The notes under the pieces are model-generated. The model made no database searches. It had not been told where the DNA came from and saw nothing but the letters and a program-made list of their open reading frames with translations. DNA of 64,000 bases, from NCBI GenBank assembly GCA_963805625.1, contig CAWDVE010000025.1:1-64000 (forward strand). The letters are read 5' to 3'. Both the position numbers and the translations under genes were made by a program. Shown in pieces: positions 60,775 through 64,000 of the stretch (within the stretch, counting starts at the first letter, position 1; every line of letters starts with the position of its first letter). Source of the stretch: an uncultured Candidatus Rokubacteria bacterium. Lineage in GTDB: Bacteria; Methylomirabilota; Methylomirabilia; Rokubacteriales; DASRDR01.

Positions 60775-61626
60775 GTGTACGGCACGCCGCCTGCGCCGTA
60801 TCCTCGCCGCGTCGTCTGCCTGACCTCGGAGACGACCGAGATTGCGTTCGCGATCGGGGCGGGGGACCGCGTCGTCGGTGTGCCCGGCACCGCCCGGCGG
60901 CCGCCGGCAGCCCGCCAGCTCCCGAAGGTGGGCGGGTTCACCACGTTTCGCCTGGAGCGGATCGTCGACCTCGCCCCCGATCTCGTCCTCGCGTTCTCCG
61001 ACCTGCAGGCGGATGTCGTGCGCGAGCTGGTCCAGGCCGGGATCCCCGTGCTGGCGCTGAACCAGCGGAGCCTTACCGAGATCTTCCAGGCCATCCTCGT
61101 GATCGGCGGCGCGCTCGGGTGCGAGGCGGCGGCCCGCGGCGTCGTCGTGGACATCCAGGACGAGATCCGGCAGGTGCGGGAGTTCTCGAGTGTCTGGCCG
61201 GACCGGCCGCGCGTGTACTTCGAGGAGTGGGGAGATCCGCCGATCTCGGGGATCCGCTGGGTGTCGGAGCTGATCGAGGTCGCCGGCGGCCAGGACGTCT
61301 TCCCTGAGCTTCGGGACCGCCGGGACGCCCGGGGGAGAGTGGTGGATCCGGCCGAGGTGGTCCGGCGCAACCCGGAGATCATCGTCGCCTCGTGGTGCGG
61401 GAAGCCGGTCGACGTCGAGGCCATCCGACGCCGGCCAGGGTGGAGCGGGATCTCGGCCGTCCGGACTGGCCGAGTCCACGCCCTGCCGTCTGGAGACCTG
61501 CTTTCCCCGGGTCCCTCGGTGGTCCGGGGGCTCCGGGCTCTCCACGAGCTCGTCCAGGCCTGTGTTGCTGGGGAGGCTCCGGACACCGCCTCGATCTCAA
61601 CTGACGACTCTGATGATGGACAGTAA
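60775..61626 (+). CDS. BtuF-like cobalamin/metal-binding protein
   Basis: PRRVVCLTSETTE; PDLVLAFSDLQA; RPRVYFEEW; SWCGK. Confidence 0.85.
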   Translation: MYGTPPAPYPRRVVCLTSETTEIAFAIGAGDRVVGVPGTARRPPAARQLPKVGGFTTFRLERIVDLAPDLVLAFSDLQADVVRELVQAGIPVLALNQRSLTEIFQAILVIGGALGCEAAARGVVVDIQDEIRQVREFSSVWPDRPRVYFEEWGDPPISGIRWVSELIEVAGGQDVFPELRDRRDARGRVVDPAEVVRRNPEIIVASWCGKPVDVEAIRRRPGWSGISAVRTGRVHALPSGDLLSPGPSVVRGLRALHELVQACVAGEAPDTASISTDDSDDGQ

Positions 61627-61742
61627 CTAAATAATTACATGGGATAAATCTGACCCTTCTTGTCACCCGATCCCGGGTCGACCCGTATGGTACGATGAGG
61701 GTGCTCCCAGCCTTTCCGGACACCCCGACCCGGGAGACTTTC

Positions 61743-63191
61743 ATGACGACGACTGCCCCCCCTGCCCGTCCCGAGCGCTTCTTCGCCGACCGGTTCGGTC
61801 TTACCCAGTCCCGGTTGGAGGCCCTCGTGGGGTCCGCGGCCAGCAGGGTGGACTACGCCGACGTCTTCATCGAGTACCAGGTGGCGGAGGAGCTCGTCCT
61901 CGAAGACGGGGTCGTCAAGCGGGCCTCGCGAACCATCAGCCAGGGCGGTGGTATCCGGGCCCAGGCTGGGGTGCGCACGGGCTACGCGTACACGGACGAC
62001 CTCGATATCCGCCACCTCGAGGTGGCGGCGCGCCAGGCCCAGGCCATCGCCGAGCATCCCGGTGAGTCGGGCCCGGTCGCCGTCCACGGGAGCCCGCGGC
62101 CGCACGACCTCTATCATCTCGCCCAAGCGCCGGTGGAGGCGGACCTCACGGCCAAGGTGGCGCTGCTGGGCCAGGTGGATCGTCTCGCGCGGGCCCAGGA
62201 TCCTCGGATCCGGCAGGTCATCGCCACGCTCACCTCGCTCGAGCAGATGGTCCTCATCGCCACGTCGGCCAACTGGCAGCTGGCGGACGTGCGGCCCCTG
62301 ACCCGACTGAACGTGACCGTGGTCGTCGAGGACGGCGGACGCCGCGAGGTGGGCAGCTTCGGCGGGGGCGGTCGCGTGCCGTTCGATTACTTCGTCGACG
62401 GAGAGCGCTGGGCTCGCTTCGCCCGAGAGGCGGCGCGCCAGGCCCTCGTCAAGCTGAGCGCCGTCGCGGCGCCGGCAGGGACGATGACGGTCGTGCTCGG
62501 ACCCGGCTGGCCCGGGATCCTCCTCCACGAGGCGATCGGTCACGGGCTCGAGGGGGACTTTAACCGGAAGGGCGTCTCTGCCTTTACCGGGCGAGTGGGC
62601 GAGCGGGTCGCCTCCGATCTCGTCACGGTCGTCGACGATGGGACGATGCCCAACCGGCGGGGCTCGCTCAACGTCGATGACGAGGGGACGCCCACCAGCC
62701 GGACCGTCCTGATCGAGAACGGCGTGCTGCGCGGGTACATGCAGGACCGGCTCAACGCGCGCCTTCTGGGGACCGGGCTCACGGGCAACGGCCGGCGAGA
62801 GTCCTTCCAGCACCCGCCGATGCCGCGCATGACGAACACGTTCATGCTGGCCGGCGAGGAGCCTCCGGAGGATATCGTTCGCTCGGTGTCGCACGGGCTC
62901 TACGCGGTCGCGTTCGGCGGCGGGCAGGTGGACATCACGAGCGGGAAGTTCGTCTTCTCCGCGAGCGAGGCCTACCTGATCGAGGACGGCCGTGTCACCG
63001 CGCCGGTCAGGGGAGCCACGCTCATCGGCTCGGGGCCTGATGCCCTCACCCGGGTGAGCCGCGTCGGTCACGACCTCGCCCTCGACGAGGGGGTGGGCAC
63101 GTGCGGGAAAGACGGGCAGTCCGTGCCGGTGGGCGTGGGCTTGCCGACGATCCGCATCGACGGCATCACCGTCGGCGGAACCGAGATCTAG
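61743..63191 (+). CDS. tldD: Metalloprotease TldD
   Basis: GWPGILLHEAIGHGLEGDFNRK; PMPRMTNT; CGKDGQSVPVGVG. Confidence 0.95.
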   Translation: MTTTAPPARPERFFADRFGLTQSRLEALVGSAASRVDYADVFIEYQVAEELVLEDGVVKRASRTISQGGGIRAQAGVRTGYAYTDDLDIRHLEVAARQAQAIAEHPGESGPVAVHGSPRPHDLYHLAQAPVEADLTAKVALLGQVDRLARAQDPRIRQVIATLTSLEQMVLIATSANWQLADVRPLTRLNVTVVVEDGGRREVGSFGGGGRVPFDYFVDGERWARFAREAARQALVKLSAVAAPAGTMTVVLGPGWPGILLHEAIGHGLEGDFNRKGVSAFTGRVGERVASDLVTVVDDGTMPNRRGSLNVDDEGTPTSRTVLIENGVLRGYMQDRLNARLLGTGLTGNGRRESFQHPPMPRMTNTFMLAGEEPPEDIVRSVSHGLYAVAFGGGQVDITSGKFVFSASEAYLIEDGRVTAPVRGATLIGSGPDALTRVSRVGHDLALDEGVGTCGKDGQSVPVGVGLPTIRIDGITVGGTEI

Positions 63192-63233
63192 CTGGTGGCC
63201 GGGCAAGTCCTCACCACCGGGGCCGAGGCAGAG

Positions 63234-64000
63234 ATGCTTGATCGGCTGGAGGGCCTTCTGCGCCGTGCCCGTGCCGGCGGGGCTGTCGAGGCCGATGCCT
63301 TCATGGTGGAGGAAGAGCTCCAGACCGTGCAGGTTCGGCTGGGAACCGTGGAGTCCCTCAAGCACGCCCGCGAGAACCGCTGCTCGCTCCGGATCTTCAC
63401 CGAGTCCGGCTCCGCATCGGCGACGACCTCGGACCTTTCGCCGGGCGCACTCGCGCGGCTCGTCGACGAGAGCATGCGGCTGGCGCAGGTGACCCGGCGC
63501 GACGAGCACTCCGGGCTACCGGCCAGGGAGGCGCTCGCGCGCGAGGTGCCGGATCTCCAGCTCTGGGATGCCGAAGGCCACGCGATGGGGGTCGAGGAGA
63601 AGATCGACTGGGCCCGCCGGGCCGAGGCGGCCGCCCTCGAGAGCGACGCGCGCGTGCGGAACTCCGAGGGAGCCGAGTTCTACGACCGCCAGGGTCGAGT
63701 CGCTTACGCTTCGAGCGGCGGATTCGCCGGGAGCTTCCGGGTCTCGTCGTTTGCCCTGTCAGTGACACCAGTCGCCTCGGACAACGGTGACATGGAGCGC
63801 GATTACTGGTACACGTCGGCGCGGCATCTCGCCGACCTGGAGTCCCCGGAGAAGATCGGGCGGGAGGCGGCGCGCCGGGCCGTGCGCCGGCTCGGGGGCC
63901 GCAAGGGCCAGACGACGGAGGTTCCGGTCATCTTCGATCCCGAGACGGCTGCGAGCCTGATCCGGGGCCTGGCGGTGGCCGCGTCGGGGCCGAGCCTCTA
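63234..64000 (+). CDS. pmbA: PmbA/TldE (runs off the window end)
   Basis: VQVRLGTVESLK; MERDYWY; IGREAARRAVRRLG; VPVIFDP; follows tldD. Confidence 0.9.
   Translation, partial: MLDRLEGLLRRARAGGAVEADAFMVEEELQTVQVRLGTVESLKHARENRCSLRIFTESGSASATTSDLSPGALARLVDESMRLAQVTRRDEHSGLPAREALAREVPDLQLWDAEGHAMGVEEKIDWARRAEAAALESDARVRNSEGAEFYDRQGRVAYASSGGFAGSFRVSSFALSVTPVASDNGDMERDYWYTSARHLADLESPEKIGREAARRAVRRLGGRKGQTTEVPVIFDPETAASLIRGLAVAASGPSL

Noticed and set aside
61620-61680. AT-rich patch before tldD as a mobile-element end
   Set aside because: Too short, with no partner repeat or transposase; it may simply be the tldD promoter region
61743-64000. TldD/PmbA as maturase of the peptide at 13330-13473
   Set aside because: Widespread core genes 48 kb away, with no linkage evidence

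Overview
This is a high-GC bacterial window. Gene content and protein style suggest Ca. Rokubacteria/Methylomirabilota (inference). Positions 1-14.8 kb are accessory DNA around an intact tRNA-Val(CAC) at 1561-1636. A decayed tyrosine integrase ends just upstream and its 3' end supplies the tRNA promoter. A ~13 kb island follows the tRNA and is bounded by a 46-bp duplicate of the tRNA 3' half (14778-14823). The island carries integrase and IS110 debris, a general-stress kit (DUF748, ferritin-like, YihY, separate LigD phosphoesterase and polymerase genes) and, next to its integrase, an XRE repressor. After the repressor comes an array of tiny unrelated genes separated by repeated gene-end fragments: a mini FtsH-TM2-like protein, a collagen-like protein and an orphan RiPP-precursor-like peptide missing from the ORF track. 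Positions 15-21 kb hold a peroxiredoxin, an MBL hydrolase, an aldolase and several gene fragments. The rest is mostly core metabolism: murQ-anmK, mmsB, futalosine menaquinone genes (mqnA/C/D/E), a MaoC/cis-prenyltransferase/glycosyltransferase operon, chrA, queG-pncA-def, ygfZ, yyaL, thiG/thiO and tldD-pmbA. Notable items there are a CDGSH / hypothetical / UGSC selenoprotein operon (in-frame UGA plus SECIS), a candidate structured ncRNA, a short MutY followed by a UDG-NUDIX fusion, and a diverged tandem duplication of dppABC. All calls come from motif recognition by eye; no searches were run. Some frameshifts may be long-read errors.
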